Shown here one piece after another: positions 38,801 through 51,452 of a stretch of DNA of 64,000 nucleotides. The notes under the pieces are model-generated. The model was not told the origin of the DNA and did not search any database. It saw nothing but the letters and a program-made list of their open reading frames with translations. Position 1 is the stretch's first letter. Each line of letters starts with the position of its first letter. Both the position numbers and the translations under genes were made by a program. The DNA lies in NCBI RefSeq assembly GCF_001194135.2, contig NC_069006.1, positions 16,850,374 through 16,914,373 of the forward strand, read 5' to 3'. The DNA comes from Octopus bimaculoides (taxonomy: Eukaryota).

Positions 38801-40611
38801 AAAATAGCTCATCTGGTACCCAGCTTTCATGTCTCCATGAACTGTCCATATGCAACAGAGAGCAACCTCCTGGCCAATGGCATTGGTAGGTTGGGTAAAT
38901 AAGGTTATTGATAGCTGATGGATTTTAAACTCCTACTGAAATTCTTTAAGGGCTTGATGTCTTAGACACATGAAGGCTGGATTTTCCAGAGGACTGTGCA
39001 GTAAAGACATAGTGTTCAGTGGTCAAATTTCAAAAGGGAAGGAAAATGATATTCAGCAATATTGCTAATGGAGTAATACATCAAAGAATAGGAGACATAG
39101 ACTGTCCTGGTCATCCCAAAGCATCTCAAGTGCTAGGAAATCTCAACCAAATCTCCGATAGTCATACCCTCCCACCAGAAATATCCTCTATGTCAACGAT
39201 TCCAAACCTGGAATCCGTTATTCCCTGAGGGCCCACTAAAGCAATATTGGGAGTCCGTGAGGTGTGTCCAAAATTTTCAAAGACTACAGTACAATTATTC
39301 GGGTATATATAATTATTCCGCTACATGTATCGTTTAACTAGGAAACGAAACTAGAAAAATGAGTTTGTTAGTCAATAAAACCTACTTATTGCGTAGGAGG
39401 GCTTTTCAAAAGCCTGATGTCTGTGAGAAATTACATTGAAATAAAAGAGGAGGGGAGAGTCCTTGGTACGATACAAAAGATGGTTGTTCTGACAGGTATG
39501 CTGGCCATAAAGCACAACAAAATAATATTTTTTTTTAATTTCCCCGCGAAATTGGGAGAAGTCCGTATTTCGGAGTCATTAAAATAAGGACCAGTTGAGT
39601 GGTGAGATCGATGTAATCGGCTAGCCCTTTCCCTACCACAGTTTCAGGCCTTGTGCCTATAGTAGAAAGGATGATTATTATTGTTTGTTGGGTAGCTACA
39701 ATCTGGTTTCAAATCCCACTGAGGTCAACTTTGCTTTCATCTTTTCAGAATCGATAAAATAAAGTATCAGCCAAATACTGAGGTCGATTACATTAACCCA
39801 TTGATTACTCCCCTCCGTTCAAAACTAGTGACCTTGGCCTCAAATTAAAAATTATCATTATAGTTCTTATCGTATCATGACACAATCTCCGGGACAACCT
39901 AGTTTCGGTTTTCCAGTGAAAACAATTTAGACTTTGGCGATGTATTTGATAAAAGCATGGACAACCATAAAATCTGAAGCCCCTCCGTCATACACCAATG
40001 ACCTTAACTCTGGGGGCACAGGGCGGATAGAGAGTTGCCATTAATTTTGTTTACCCCCACCTCTGTCAGCACTGACCGAACAAAAGCGTTCAAGCAATAA
40101 CTATCACATCTTTTATTCAGACAGAATATATCTGGGACTATATTATCCAATCTGTCCTTTCCCACCTCCCATAAGATAATACGGTGTGTTTTGAAGGAAA
40201 TTTAACTGATATTTTTAGCAGGTCAAGCTGCCACGCTGAAGCTTTCCCGACAGTGGCTCACAGAATAAGTGGTTTTGTCAAGGACACAGGTGATAAAAAC
40301 AATTCCAAATGACAAACGAAAGCAGTTGCTCTTCATGACACAAATATTACCCCAAATACCCATCAGAACAATATTAGCAACAACAATAAAATATAAGATG
40401 TTTACAAAATTCCATTTTCGGAAGCGAAACTCAACGCATAATAATAATTCTGCAAAACAAACAAATACCAACTTTATAAAAATAACGAATAGTTAATTAT
40501 TTCAGGAGTCATTTCAGAATATCTTACCCTGATTTCAGTTATATGGGAATCAATGAAATTGTGAATATCGACCTTTTTGACGGGGAATTTGTCTGGTAAA
40601 TTTAGAGGCAT
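35197..40611 (-). CDS. C3orf33: C3orf33 homolog (N-terminal TM helix plus thermonuclease/SNase-like domain), 5 coding exons, 239 aa
   Basis: complement join(40528..40611,38649..38708,37421..37565,36115..36269,35197..35472) = 720 nt, GT-AG, phases 0/0/1/0. Peptides HNFIDSHITEIR|TGIYCIGTFGVFLCLRSLRP|FSKFSKVEEVPLKFIQKNVTLQGRVKKI...IDHEPI|...LPIRLA...IWFQ|...NINEKMVMTG...AEKKG-like ADKKGVGMW match my recollection of the C3orf33 family. The start ATG at 40611 is inferred. Confidence 0.85.
36431..36613. repeat. Near-perfect ~180-bp palindrome
   Basis: tgttacaagagtcctaaagatacctacagaac...aaatac / gtattt...gttctgtaggtatctttaggactcttgtaaca, with about 2 mismatches and 1 indel. Confidence 0.9.
36691..36918. 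mobile_element. piggyBac-like MITE (TTAA-flanked)
   Basis: ttaa-ccctttagc ... gctaaaggg-ttaa. Related pieces at about 23185-23246, 26990-27210 and 60770-60958. Confidence 0.75.
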
Positions 40612-42502
40612 TTTAACTGAAGACAGCAGCACACTTTGACGCTGATCGATTAAATGTGTCACGGTGAGCAAGGGGAGGTAACTCTAAATATTTACTCTGA
40701 CGGTTATTGCTTCATATACAATATTTCGCGGTTCCTTTGTATGGAAATCCACACAGACACGCTCTCTCGCGTGCGCACATATACGCCCCAAGGTTGAAGT
40801 GATGCCCATTATGGAGTTCTGCTCTCACATCTGAGCGATTCTGTATTTTATCCTGAGATAGGCCACTCGGCTGATTAGCACTTGCATCACAAACGGCCAT
40901 ACTCCGGCCGCTGGCCAAGAGGCGTGCTTTCTCCTGTATGTCTTTTGTAACGCTTCTATAATAGCCTCTACACCTCAGAGCTGTCCAGTCTCGAATCTCA
41001 TGCACCCGACCCACTTGTCTCTCCACCACTCAAAACCCCTGGAGTGTCCAAACTCCATTTTCTCTACCCTAATCACTTGGCCCAGTCTGTCTTCTCCAGA
41101 ACATAATTTCTCTAGAATCTTATGTCTCTCATATCCTACAGGTGTTGACTTGCAACAACTCAAACAGAACATTAAAAGCCTCACCCTACCAATATTGGAG
41201 AGCCTGCAAGAGCCATGAGCATGGACCCTTCCCCCAAACTCAGAATGTAAAAGATATGTGAGAAAAGAAAACAAACAGAACAGCCCACAGGCATGGCTGT
41301 GTAGTAAGAAGTTTGTTTCCTAACCACATGGTTCTGGATTCAATCCCACTGCATAACACCTTGGGCAAGTGTCTTCTACTATAACCGTGGGCTAACCAAA
41401 GCCTTGAATGGATTTAGTAGACAGAAACTGAAAGAAGCCTGTTGTATATTTAAACATATGTATCTATGTGTATGTGTTTGTCTCCCACCATTGCTTGACA
41501 ACCGGTGTTGGTGTGTTTACATCCCCATAACCTTGTGGTTTGGCAAAAGAAACTGATAGAATAAGTACCAGACTTAAAAAAAAATTATGTACTGAGGTTG
41601 ATGTGAATTGTCTTTTTGGCTGTCGGATTCTCTCTGCCAATCTCAAAGAAGTTTGTATATTTATATCTCAACAAACAAGCTAGAAAAATAACTATATCAT
41701 ATAGAACAATAGCTTTACTGAATCCATCTCTTTCCTGCTCTCTCTTGCACTTTTGCTGTTTCCCACTATCTTTCCCTTACTCTTCCCTCTGTTTGGGCAG
41801 CCATGTATCTCCTCTACAGCAGCACACTTGTTTCTGCCCTCATTCTTGATCACTTTCTCTCTCCTTCTTTTGCTTTTTCCACTGGCTTGGTAACCAAGTA
41901 TCTCCTTTACATTCTCTCTCCCCCTTTCTCTGGCTGGGCAACCATGTACCTCCTCTATAGCAAGACACTTGTTTCTGCCTCTCTATCACACTCTAACCTC
42001 TCATCATCTGACACAAGAACCCCTCCTCCAATGCCACCCTCCTATCAAAATTCCTTGCCTTGCAAGTTAGTTGGTGACTCTGCCGGTGTTGGTGCCATGT
42101 AAAAAGCATCTAGTCCACACTGTTAAGTGGTTGGCATTTGGAAGGGCATCTAGCTATAGAAATCATCCTCACCTGTGCTGGTGTCATGTAAAAAGCACTA
42201 AGTCTACTCTGCAGAATGGTTTGTGTCAGGAGGGGCTTCCAGCAATATAAACCCTGCCAAAACAGACACAGGAGCCTGGGGTAGTCTTCTACCTAGCTGG
42301 TTCCTGTCAACCATCCTATCCATACATACATGGAAGATGGATATTAAACAATGATCATGATGATGATGATGATTGCCTGTGGGATGCAGAATTCAAAAAT
42401 CAAATATATTTTTCTTGAGGATGCACCGTTTCAGAGCCTCTTTGGCCTAAACTCACATATATAACCACATACATTCACATGTATTTAGTATGTATGTATG
42501 TA

Positions 42503-42578
<76 letters not shown>

Positions 42579-43320
42579 ATGATTGATTCTTTTGTCATGA
42601 ATGACAAATGAGGGTTCAGTAAAATAAAGTGGTATATATATCATCATCATCGTTTAATGTCCACTCTCCATGCTAGCATAGGTTGGACGATGTGACTGAG
42701 GACTGGGAAACCAGGTGGCTGCACCAGGCTCCAATCTGATCTGGCAGAGTTTCTACAGCTGGATGCCCTTCCTAACGCCAACCACTCCGAGAGTGTAGTG
42801 GGTGCTTTTACATGCAACTAGCACGAAGGCCAGTGAGGCGCTACTAGCAACGACCATACTCAAATGGTATTTTTTATGTGCCACCTGCACAGGAGCCAGT
42901 CCAGCGGCACTGACAACGACCTCGCTCGAATGTTTTGTCACGTGCCACCTCCACAAGTGCCAGTAAGGTGATGCTGGTAACGAACACATGAAGCTGAGGT
43001 GCTGGCTGACCCTAATAGCAGCTGCAACATCAGCAGCTCTCATAATGGTCCCTACAGTAGCCGGGGCGACAGTACCAATAGTAGCAGCAACAAAGACACA
43101 AACAAAACCAGCGGCAGCACCATCGTCACAACATCAGAGACAGTAATGGCAGTTACCCCTAGTAGAAATAACAGCAGTGACAGTGCCTCTATCAATGATG
43201 ATGACCATGACAACTGCACCATTACCAACACCAGTTGTGACAGCACCAGCACCATCACCACCTCCAAGGACGCCAACACCAACAGCGCCAGTACTACAAC
43301 AGCTGTAGCAGCAAAACTCG

Positions 43321-43895
43321 ACCATGGAGATACATTGGTTGCTCTGGTAACACATTCAAACAACGCCTCTCCAACCACAGATCCTCCTTCAGGATGCCGG
43401 AAAGAAGATACGTTACGTCACTAGCCAGCCAGATATGTTACGCCACTAGGCAGCTGAAAGACAACGAGATTCCATACACAATATGGAGAATCCTAGAAAA
43501 TCCAGGCTCCTACATAAACAGGATCAAGTGTTGTAAACTAGGCATAGCAGACGGGTGAGGCTTCTAAAGGACTCCCTCGATCTGAGGAATATCCTTAACT
43601 CCAGAACGGAGATCTTCGGACTGTGCTTGCATTTCAGGAAATTCTTGCTGGCCTATTGGAACCCGCAAGATAACAGTGTCACTTGTTATCGATACTGTTG
43701 TTAATATTGAGTAGCGAGGTCCTTTTCTCCTCCATATCCTAGAGAGGCCTAACAGGTTTTGGCATCTGATGATATGCCGTAAAGCTAATTGCTTTATGGA
43801 CGTGAAACACAGAGTAATCCCATGAACCGGCCTTATCTAACATTTTTATTTATATACTGCTCTATTACTTAGAGCGTGCTTCTTTTTCGGATTTA
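43321..43895 (+). mobile_element. Penelope-like element 3' end (GIY-YIG remnant plus pseudo-LTR), same family as 6603-7735
   Basis: PWRYIGCSGNTFKQRLSNHRSSFRMPERRYVTSL (intact YIG) followed by a degenerate C-terminus and a pLTR homologous to the 6.6-7.7 kb arms. Confidence 0.82.
43755..43828 (+). ncRNA. Type I hammerhead ribozyme motif in PLE pseudo-LTR
   Basis: GGUUUUGGCAU-CUGAUGA(43766-43772)-U-AUGCCGUAAAGC(UAAUU)GCUUUAUGGACGU-GAAA(43804-43807)-C(ACAGA)G-U-A-AUCCCAUGAACC. Core is intact, stems I and II are long, stem III is 2 bp. Confidence 0.65.
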
Positions 43896-44095
43896 TGTTT
43901 TATCGACGATATAAAATTAACTTTCTTTCCGTCCCTGAGCGTCTGTTAATATTTTGCCTGCACCACGTCCTCGCGTTGTTGTTTTTTTCTTCGGCGGGGA
44001 TTAACTATATATATATATATATATATATATAGATATACACACACACACACATGTATATGCGTGTATACATACATTTATATGTGTGTATGTATATT

Positions 44096-44149
<54 letters not shown>

Positions 44150-44730
44150 AAACAGCTGTGTTGGACTGATATAAGCGATTATTTTAAGTGGTCAGCGACA
44201 TTAACTCTTTGTATAGCAAAAGTTGACCTAATTCGTTAATAAAAACATATAAAACAAGAAAACAACAAAGCAAAAACCAAGCGTCAAAGCAGGTCAACAA
44301 AAGTTATCTGCTCTTGACTTCTCCCTCCCTCTCTCTTTGTCTGTCTATTTATTTAAACTATATTTTCTCTCTTCCGTGTGTCGTGTGTTTGTCCGCTAGG
44401 TGACGCCTGTAGTGACAACTTCCTCAGTTAAAATAAAGACTGGGCTGCCATGTTGATACTTGTCCAGTCTGCCTCTCCAGAGACGGCAATCCCATCGACC
44501 ACAGCCCTACATCTATAAACATTTTCACTGGACTTTCATACACATACGCTTATAAATCTCTGTGTGTGTGTGTTGTATATATATTTATATATATATATAG
44601 ACTCTCCCATTTCCATACATTTACATAGGTGAGTATTTCTACACTTTATTAATGACTGTTTTGTGTGATTAAATTCAATCATCTATCCATCCATCTCTCT
44701 ACCCATCTACTCATTTATTTACCAATTTAC

Positions 44731-44761
<31 letters not shown>

Positions 44762-45213
44762 CCTATCTGTCTCACTCTGTCTGACTATCTATCTCTCTAT
44801 CTGTCTATAAAATGGAGAAAGAAAATTGATGACATGGATTATAGTTTATTTATCCGTTGTTCGTTGGTGAATCACTTCGTCAGTTACTCAGAGTTTCTGA
44901 GCGCTTAGATAATGTGATTGATCTTCAAGCGCCAAAAGATTGTGTTCTGTATTAATACTCTTGATGTTAATTTATATTTGGCATAGATACCAAAATGAAG
45001 TCCTGCAGATATATGCACCTAAAACCAAAAATCACATAAAAAAAGATTAAAATAATTAAAAAGAAACACCATATATTCATATAGTTAGTGTGTACATACT
45101 AATATATTGCATACTTCGTTGTCCTCACTATCACCTCGTATACATCCCGTTATTTACGAGTTTTTGCTATTTGTTCTTGTGTTACTTTATAAAAACAAAT
45201 CCTTTTCTGTGAA

Positions 45214-45248
<35 letters not shown>

Positions 45249-46989
45249 ACTCATATACGCTTTATAGTGATCGAACAGAAGAGTAATCAATAACAATTTT
45301 TCTATCTGCTAGAAATCTCGGGTACCGACGTATTCTGACTGTATTTTACTCCCCCTCCCTCTCTTTATCTGTCTATCTCTATCCATTAATAGATAGACAG
45401 ATAATGTGTATTGTATACTCTCTAAGTATTGAGTCCTTTTTTCATTTCGTCATCGTTCGTTGTTTTTTTATGTTTATAAAGTCACTTGTTTAAAAGTACA
45501 TTTGTAATACATTCACACGCCTTTGATTAAACACAGCAACGGGAGAAAAAGTGCCCCTACAAGCTTGTTATTGAACCCCGTAAGCTACTCATTCTCCTCG
45601 CTTAAGACCATTCATTGAGCGAAAAACTCTGAGTAGCCACAGATTAAATCAGCTGTTTGGAACATTTGTACCATTTTTATCTTGACCTACTGATTTATAA
45701 AAGTCATATCCTAAAAATCACATCCCTATAATGTGTTAACGAAACATTGTTGGAGGGCACATTGTGTAATAATTGTGTGTAGGTGTTAAAATACAATCTT
45801 CCATGTTGTTGAGCCCTTGGTCAGTCTTAGACCTGTTTATCTAGGGTGTTCCAGTCATGACCATCATTTTCTTTTCATTTTTTTTTTGTATATAGTGAAA
45901 TACATAATCAAATGTGTCCTTTATTTAGATCAGTGGTTCTCAACCATTTTTTGTAACCTATGGACCCTTTTGATAACCTCTGTTCTCGTGGACCCCCCAT
46001 AGCTATTCGATGTTTAAAAACTAATTCTATAGCTCCTTCTTTCAAAATCTCTATTTTGTTATTCGCTCATTCACTTGTGTAGGTTAAACTATGTAAAATG
46101 TTAGAGAAAGAAACCTAGTAGTTTCTTGCAGCAGATACATTTAAATCAAAACTTTTCATGGACCCTTAAAATACTACTGTGTCCCCAATTTATTAGTTTG
46201 CTAGTCTTGTATGGACCCTGGTTCAGAACCACTGATTTAGACGGTAGTGTGCGACTTAGCTGCCATTTCTAGCTGGTCGAACAACCACTTAGAAAGCGCT
46301 TTCGTTGACTACGGCTGTCTCGACGGGTACATGTTCTGTACTCTTGACCTGTCTTCACGTCACCCTCGCTTTTAAATATTAAGACAACCATTTCTTAATA
46401 TTTGGCGGGATTAGAAACTCTTCAAATTTCTAGTAGTGTAGTCCCAGTTCAGCCTTTAGTGAGCAAGACCCCTGATTTCAACCCCGACCAGGATGGTTTT
46501 TTTTACATAATTCAATTCTCTTTTTAATGATCGTTGGATTGTGATATGAAGATTTGATTGCTACTTTTAGTAGTTCAAGCGACCACATAAAGGATTACTC
46601 CCTTGTTTCGGTTTTTATTTTCTGTCTTTTCCGTATGTTTCCCGTTTTTCTGTTCATATTTTATTTATGTCTTCGTATCCTATATATATAAAATTATATC
46701 TACGGATATATTAATTTGGCTGATATTTTCTGTATCTAAGTATGTTGACACAGCAGAGACGATCGTCGGAGATGTGATTTTCTCCATTCCTATTTTTGTT
46801 TCCTTATACTTCGAATTTTTTTGAAATTCTAAACGATATTGGGATTTACGCATCGTACATGAGGAATTTCCTTGGATGTTTATTCCTACTTGCATTTATT
46901 AATGCCTGATTGTTAAGTATAGTTAACCAAATTCGTTTAACATTAAGTGTGTTATTAATGGTATCTACCTGGACATTTTAATCCCTTAA

Positions 46990-47222
46990 GAACTTTTCCC
47001 CCACCACCTCCTCTTCCGGTCTTTTCACAATGTAACCTCGTGGGCATCGGTGCCATTTTCCTCTCCCTCCGTTTTTCCATTCTCCGAACTTTCTGTCTTT
47101 CCGATGAAGGGCTCCGCCCGAAACGTCATACTCTCTCTCCTGCCTTTCCCGAGCGTCCAATAACAACTATCCGTATCACGTCCTCACTTTGTTGTTTTTT
47201 TGTTATTGTTTTTTTGTGTTTT
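46990..47222 (+). mobile_element. PLE-like terminal fragment with a variant hammerhead core
   Basis: CCGAUGA-A-GGGC(UCC)GCCC-GAAA-CG-U-C at 47101-47127. The downstream tail (gagcgtc...cacgtcctc..gttgtt) is also present at about 43930-43985. Confidence 0.45.
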
Positions 47223-48949
47223 TTTTAAAACTTATATATATATATATATAGGCGCAGGACTGGCTGTGTGGTAAGTAGCTTGCTTGCCAACCACATGGTT
47301 CCAGGTTCAGTCCCACTGCGTGGCACCNNNNNNNNNNNNNNNNNNNNNNNNNNNNNNNNNNNNNNNNNNNNNNNNNNNNNNNNNNNNNNNNNNNNNNNNN
47401 NNNNNNNNNNNNNNNNNNNNNNNNNNNNNNNNNNNNNNNNNNNNNNNNNNNNNNNNNNNNNNNNNNNNNNNNNNNNNNNNNNNNNNNNNNNNNNNNNNNN
47501 NNNNNNNNNNNNNNNNNNNNNNNNNNNNNNNNNNNNNNNNNNNNNNNNNNNNNNNNNNNNNNNNNNNNNNNNNNNNNNNNNNNNNNNNNNNNNNNNNNNN
47601 NNNNNNNNNNNNNNNNNNNNNNNNNNNNNNNNNNNNNNNNNNNNNNNNNNNNNNNNNNNNNNNNNNNNNNNNNNNNNNNNNNNNNNNNNNNNNNNNNNNN
47701 NNNNNNNNNNNNNNNNNNNNNNNNNNNNNTGGTAAGTAGCTTGCTTACCAACCACATGGTCCCGGGTTCAGTCCCACTGCGTGGCATCTTGGGCAAGTGC
47801 CTTCTACTATAGCCTCGTGCCGACCAATGCCTTGTGAGTGGATTTGGTAGACGGAAACTGAAAGAAGCCCGTCGTATATGTGTGTGTGTGTGTTTGTATG
47901 TCTGTGTTTGTCCCCCCAACATCGCTTGACAACTGATGCTGGTGTGTTTATGTCCCCGTAACTTAGTGGTTCGGCAAAAGAGACCGATAGAATAAGTACT
48001 AGGCTTCGAAAGAATAAGTCCTGGGGTCGATTTCTTCGACTAAAGGCGGTGCTCCAGCATGGCCGCAGTCAAAAGACTGAAACAAGTAAAAGAGTAAGAG
48101 AGTATATACACACACACACACACACACGCACATTCATTATAATCTAACGTCTCACTATTAGTATTCTTGTCGATCTAATGGAATCTTTACAGTTTTATTA
48201 TTAGCCTTGTTTTCTTTTTTTTTCTTCCATCCATTCATATCAATATGCTACGTATCAGTTCATAATGAAAAATAAACATTCTGTTAGTAGATCCATCGTA
48301 TAGCCATATCTATAGAAACACCCCTCTTGTGTGTGTATGTGTAACATCCAGGGATGTTACATCTCTGTGGCATTTATTTTATAGACATCTGTATAACACT
48401 TCTCTCCTAGATACATTATATATATGTGTAACATGTCCAAGATAATTTGTAGGGATATATATCTTTGTAACGTTATCATATAGGCGTGGACAACACGACA
48501 TGTACGTACATGCATAAGCATTTATACATAATGAGCACATACGCGTATATAGATAGCTGGATCTTTGTTTTGATGAAGATTCATTTATTCGATCCACTGA
48601 ATTACGCCCTCATTGAGTTAGTTTGTAAAATAACTGTGCATTCCACAGATATTTGTATCTTTTGAATTACATGTATGATCCATCTGATAGGCTTGTCGAG
48701 AAATTTAAATATTCTGACATTTAATGTCTGTATATATTAAATTTCTATACCCATTTTCACTTAAGAGAGTAGAAGGTATGGGCGAACCCAAGGCGATAGG
48801 AAACGACATTTGCCCTAGATACTATGCAGTGGGATTGAACCCAGGGGCTCATGGTTATGAAAGGCTTCTATAAGTCACGTGAGACTTGGAAAGTGTTGAG
48901 TCAAGCTCTAAATGGCAGTCTAGGAGTTGCTCAAGTTCTCTTGGTTCTC

Positions 48950-49760
48950 TTCTGATTGTCTGCATTCATTTCCAACACATGAATCTTATCCCCACACAGC
49001 TGTTGCCAAGTGGTATGGTCAGCAACAGCAACTTCCTGGTCATTGGATCTAATCTTTCATTTTCTTAAAGCACTATTCATCTGCTCCTTAGCACTTCTTT
49101 CAGCTGTCCATGTTATTATAGCTGATCGTACACACTTCATTGGTGTTATCAACATATACGGGTATCCTTATCAAATGCTCCAGCCAATGCAGTTGGCACT
49201 GGGTGATGATGACCTCAGCTTTTTTGCAGTTGGTCTCTGCAAGCATTACAGTGTGGCTCATACACACTTGTGTTAGGTAATTCCCAGGATGCAATGGAAA
49301 TGGCTTATGTGGAAGAGCCCCAAGGACTTGATGTAATAGCTGTAGACCACCTAAGCTTCACATCTGTAGAGAGCAGTAATATAGACTGCATGTTATATAG
49401 TGACCTTTTGTGGAGGTGAAAGTCTGCTTTAATGTCTCCAAAAGACAGTTGATGTCTGTTTAATACAGGTCTAGATGTTGGTCATCAGTGCTATCATCTT
49501 CAGAGACATAGCTCCACAAATATCTGAAAGCTGTTACCACTGACAGCTGTTCATTACCAACAGTAAAAGTATAGAGAGTGAGTGAGATTCCATTGGACGA
49601 TCACTTTAGTCTTATGGTATTGATAGATAACCCTATACTACTGTATGTTTTCACTGCCGCAGCTAGGATAGCCTGAAGCTTCTTCTGAGTAAGGGCCACA
49701 AAAGCAGAGTGGTCTGCATATTGCAGCTCTAAGACCTGTTCTTTATGGAGTTTGGTAGTT
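48950..49760 (-). mobile_element. Decayed RTE-clade LINE ORF2 (RT and C-terminus)
   Basis: KGNLNTNKRHTTTK...LELQYADHSAFVALTQKKLQAIL...IGLSINT (YADD-like motif), with frameshifts and stops downstream. Confidence 0.7.
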
Positions 49761-49799
49761 GTATGGCGCTTGTTAGTGTTAAGGTTGCCTTTTTGTTTG

Positions 49800-50500
49800 C
49801 AGTTCATTGCTGCAATGCTCTCCAGAGAGAGATGGACTCGAGAACTTGAGATTAGTCATTAGAGCTGATAAGACGTCTGTTGGAGAGCATGACAGAAGAT
49901 TCAATGCACCATCTACCAATGAAGTATCAGTACTCATTGCAGGTCAAAACTTAGGAGAAAGAGACATAGTGATAGAGAAACAAAGTGGATCTCTAAGGAA
50001 AGTTGCTGAAACACGCAGGAGTAATGATGCTCTCCAGTGTCCACTTATTTTCTGGCAAGGGCAGGATGGCTATCACTTCCTTCTGAAACTGAGGAAACTA
50101 TAGGAAACAAAGTTTCAGCACAAGACTTCTATTGCTACAGAATCGTGTTAAGAACCAACAACTTCAATCACTGAGATGCAAGCAACTCTTCAACCATTTC
50201 TTGGTTGATATGTATGCAAAACTCTAAACAGAGGTTGCTCTCTATCACATGCCACTAATAAGAACTTTGAGGGGAACGCTGCATTCACCTCCAAGATGCT
50301 GTTCAAAATGATGGCAATCCACTCAACACTGGAAAGAAAGTCATTCTTCCATCATCATTTATAGGAGGTGACAAGTACATGCATGAGAAGACTCGAGATG
50401 GAATTATATATATCAGAAATTTGGGGAAGCCTGACCTCTTCATTACCTTTACCTGCGACCCATTATGGCATGAAATAAGTAGCAATTTGATAGAAGGTCA
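49800..50500 (+). mobile_element. Helitron Rep/helicase N-terminal fragment (pseudogenised)
   Basis: EHDRRFNAPSTNEV.VLI....RDIVI...SNDALQCPLIFWQGQDGY and KVILPSSFIGGDKYMHEKTRDGIIYIRNLGKPDLFITFTCDPLW.EI. Confidence 0.88.
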
Positions 50501-51039
50501 ATCTGTTATTGTTCAATTTTAATAAAATTTAACACATTGAGTGCCATGTAGACAATATATGTATACATGACACTTTACATATGTATATTGTGTACATGTT
50601 TTCTCATCAAAAAATGAACTGTATACAACTATTATATACAACTGAAATACTATACGAATTTGAAAAAAACCACATGTGGCACACAGGACTGATTTACACA
50701 TTTCCCCTTGGCTATCAATGTGTTAATTTGTACTCAATGCATGAAGTGTTATTGTTGGGTCCAAGGCCCAATCAAGATCCCTTCACAGGAGCTAGCTTAC
50801 AAGCTGCCCACCTGATAAGGCGGCTTTTAAGCTAGTGTTGTTATATGTCCTCGAGTTAGGGAATGAAGCAGTGCTACAATTTTCATTACTGTTAACTTTC
50901 CATGAAAAAATGGTGAACATTTGTAAATATAAACAAGTAACTGTTGATAAGAAAGAAAGCAAACGATTTTTTGCAGGGAAAGTGAATAGGAGATGGACAA
51001 AGTTAATAGTAATGAAAACTAGCGATGCTTCACTCCCAA

Positions 51040-51235
51040 CTCGAGGGCATATAACAACATGACTACCTAAACTTGGGATCTTTAGCGAGATACTATATGT
51101 ATGGATGTACCTGATGTGACTCAGACTGCAAAATGGATGCAACAAAACATGTTGAATGGAGTCCCACCCATAAGGGACAGTAGCAGGATGGGTTGAAATG
51201 ATTGTTGTACAAAATACCAAATCCATCTTCTGGTT
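51040..51235 (+). mobile_element. Third copy of the 10.5-10.9 kb pseudo-LTR family with hammerhead remnant
   Basis: gggatctttag..gtatggatgtacctgatg..gactgcaaaatggatgcaac..acccataagggacag..atgggttgaaatg..gtacaaaatacc aligns by eye with 10745-10899. Confidence 0.7.
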
Positions 51236-51392
51236 ACTTAATCAGTTATCATTATCTCGACTAACATGGCATAGTTCTTGAAGTAACTCCAACTGCGGAT
51301 GACACCAGAGAGCCCAAACTGTGCCAGTGCTCTCTACTCAACAGTTCAACCAACTAATTGACATATACCCATTAGTCCCCAAAATTACATAT

Positions 51393-51452
<60 letters not shown>

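Noticed and set aside
40797-40845. C/D box snoRNA-like GTGATG...CTGA near the C3orf33 start
   Set aside because: Box C is imperfect, the spacing is too short and there is no terminal stem.
42999-43424. 141-aa Ser/Thr-rich ORF
   Set aside because: Low-complexity degenerate trinucleotide sequence running into the PLE remnant in a different frame. No splice or homology support.
44400-44628. Possible plus-strand non-coding exon (ctag| ... ag|gtgagt), perhaps a WDR33 5' UTR exon
   Set aside because: It would include microsatellite sequence, has only a 22-aa ORF, and splice-like signals alone are insufficient.
44850-44890. Minus-strand CUGACGA-A-GUG(AUU)CAC-CAAC-GAAC
   Set aside because: GAAA is altered, no UH or stem I is evident and no second copy exists in the window. 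Too degenerate to support.
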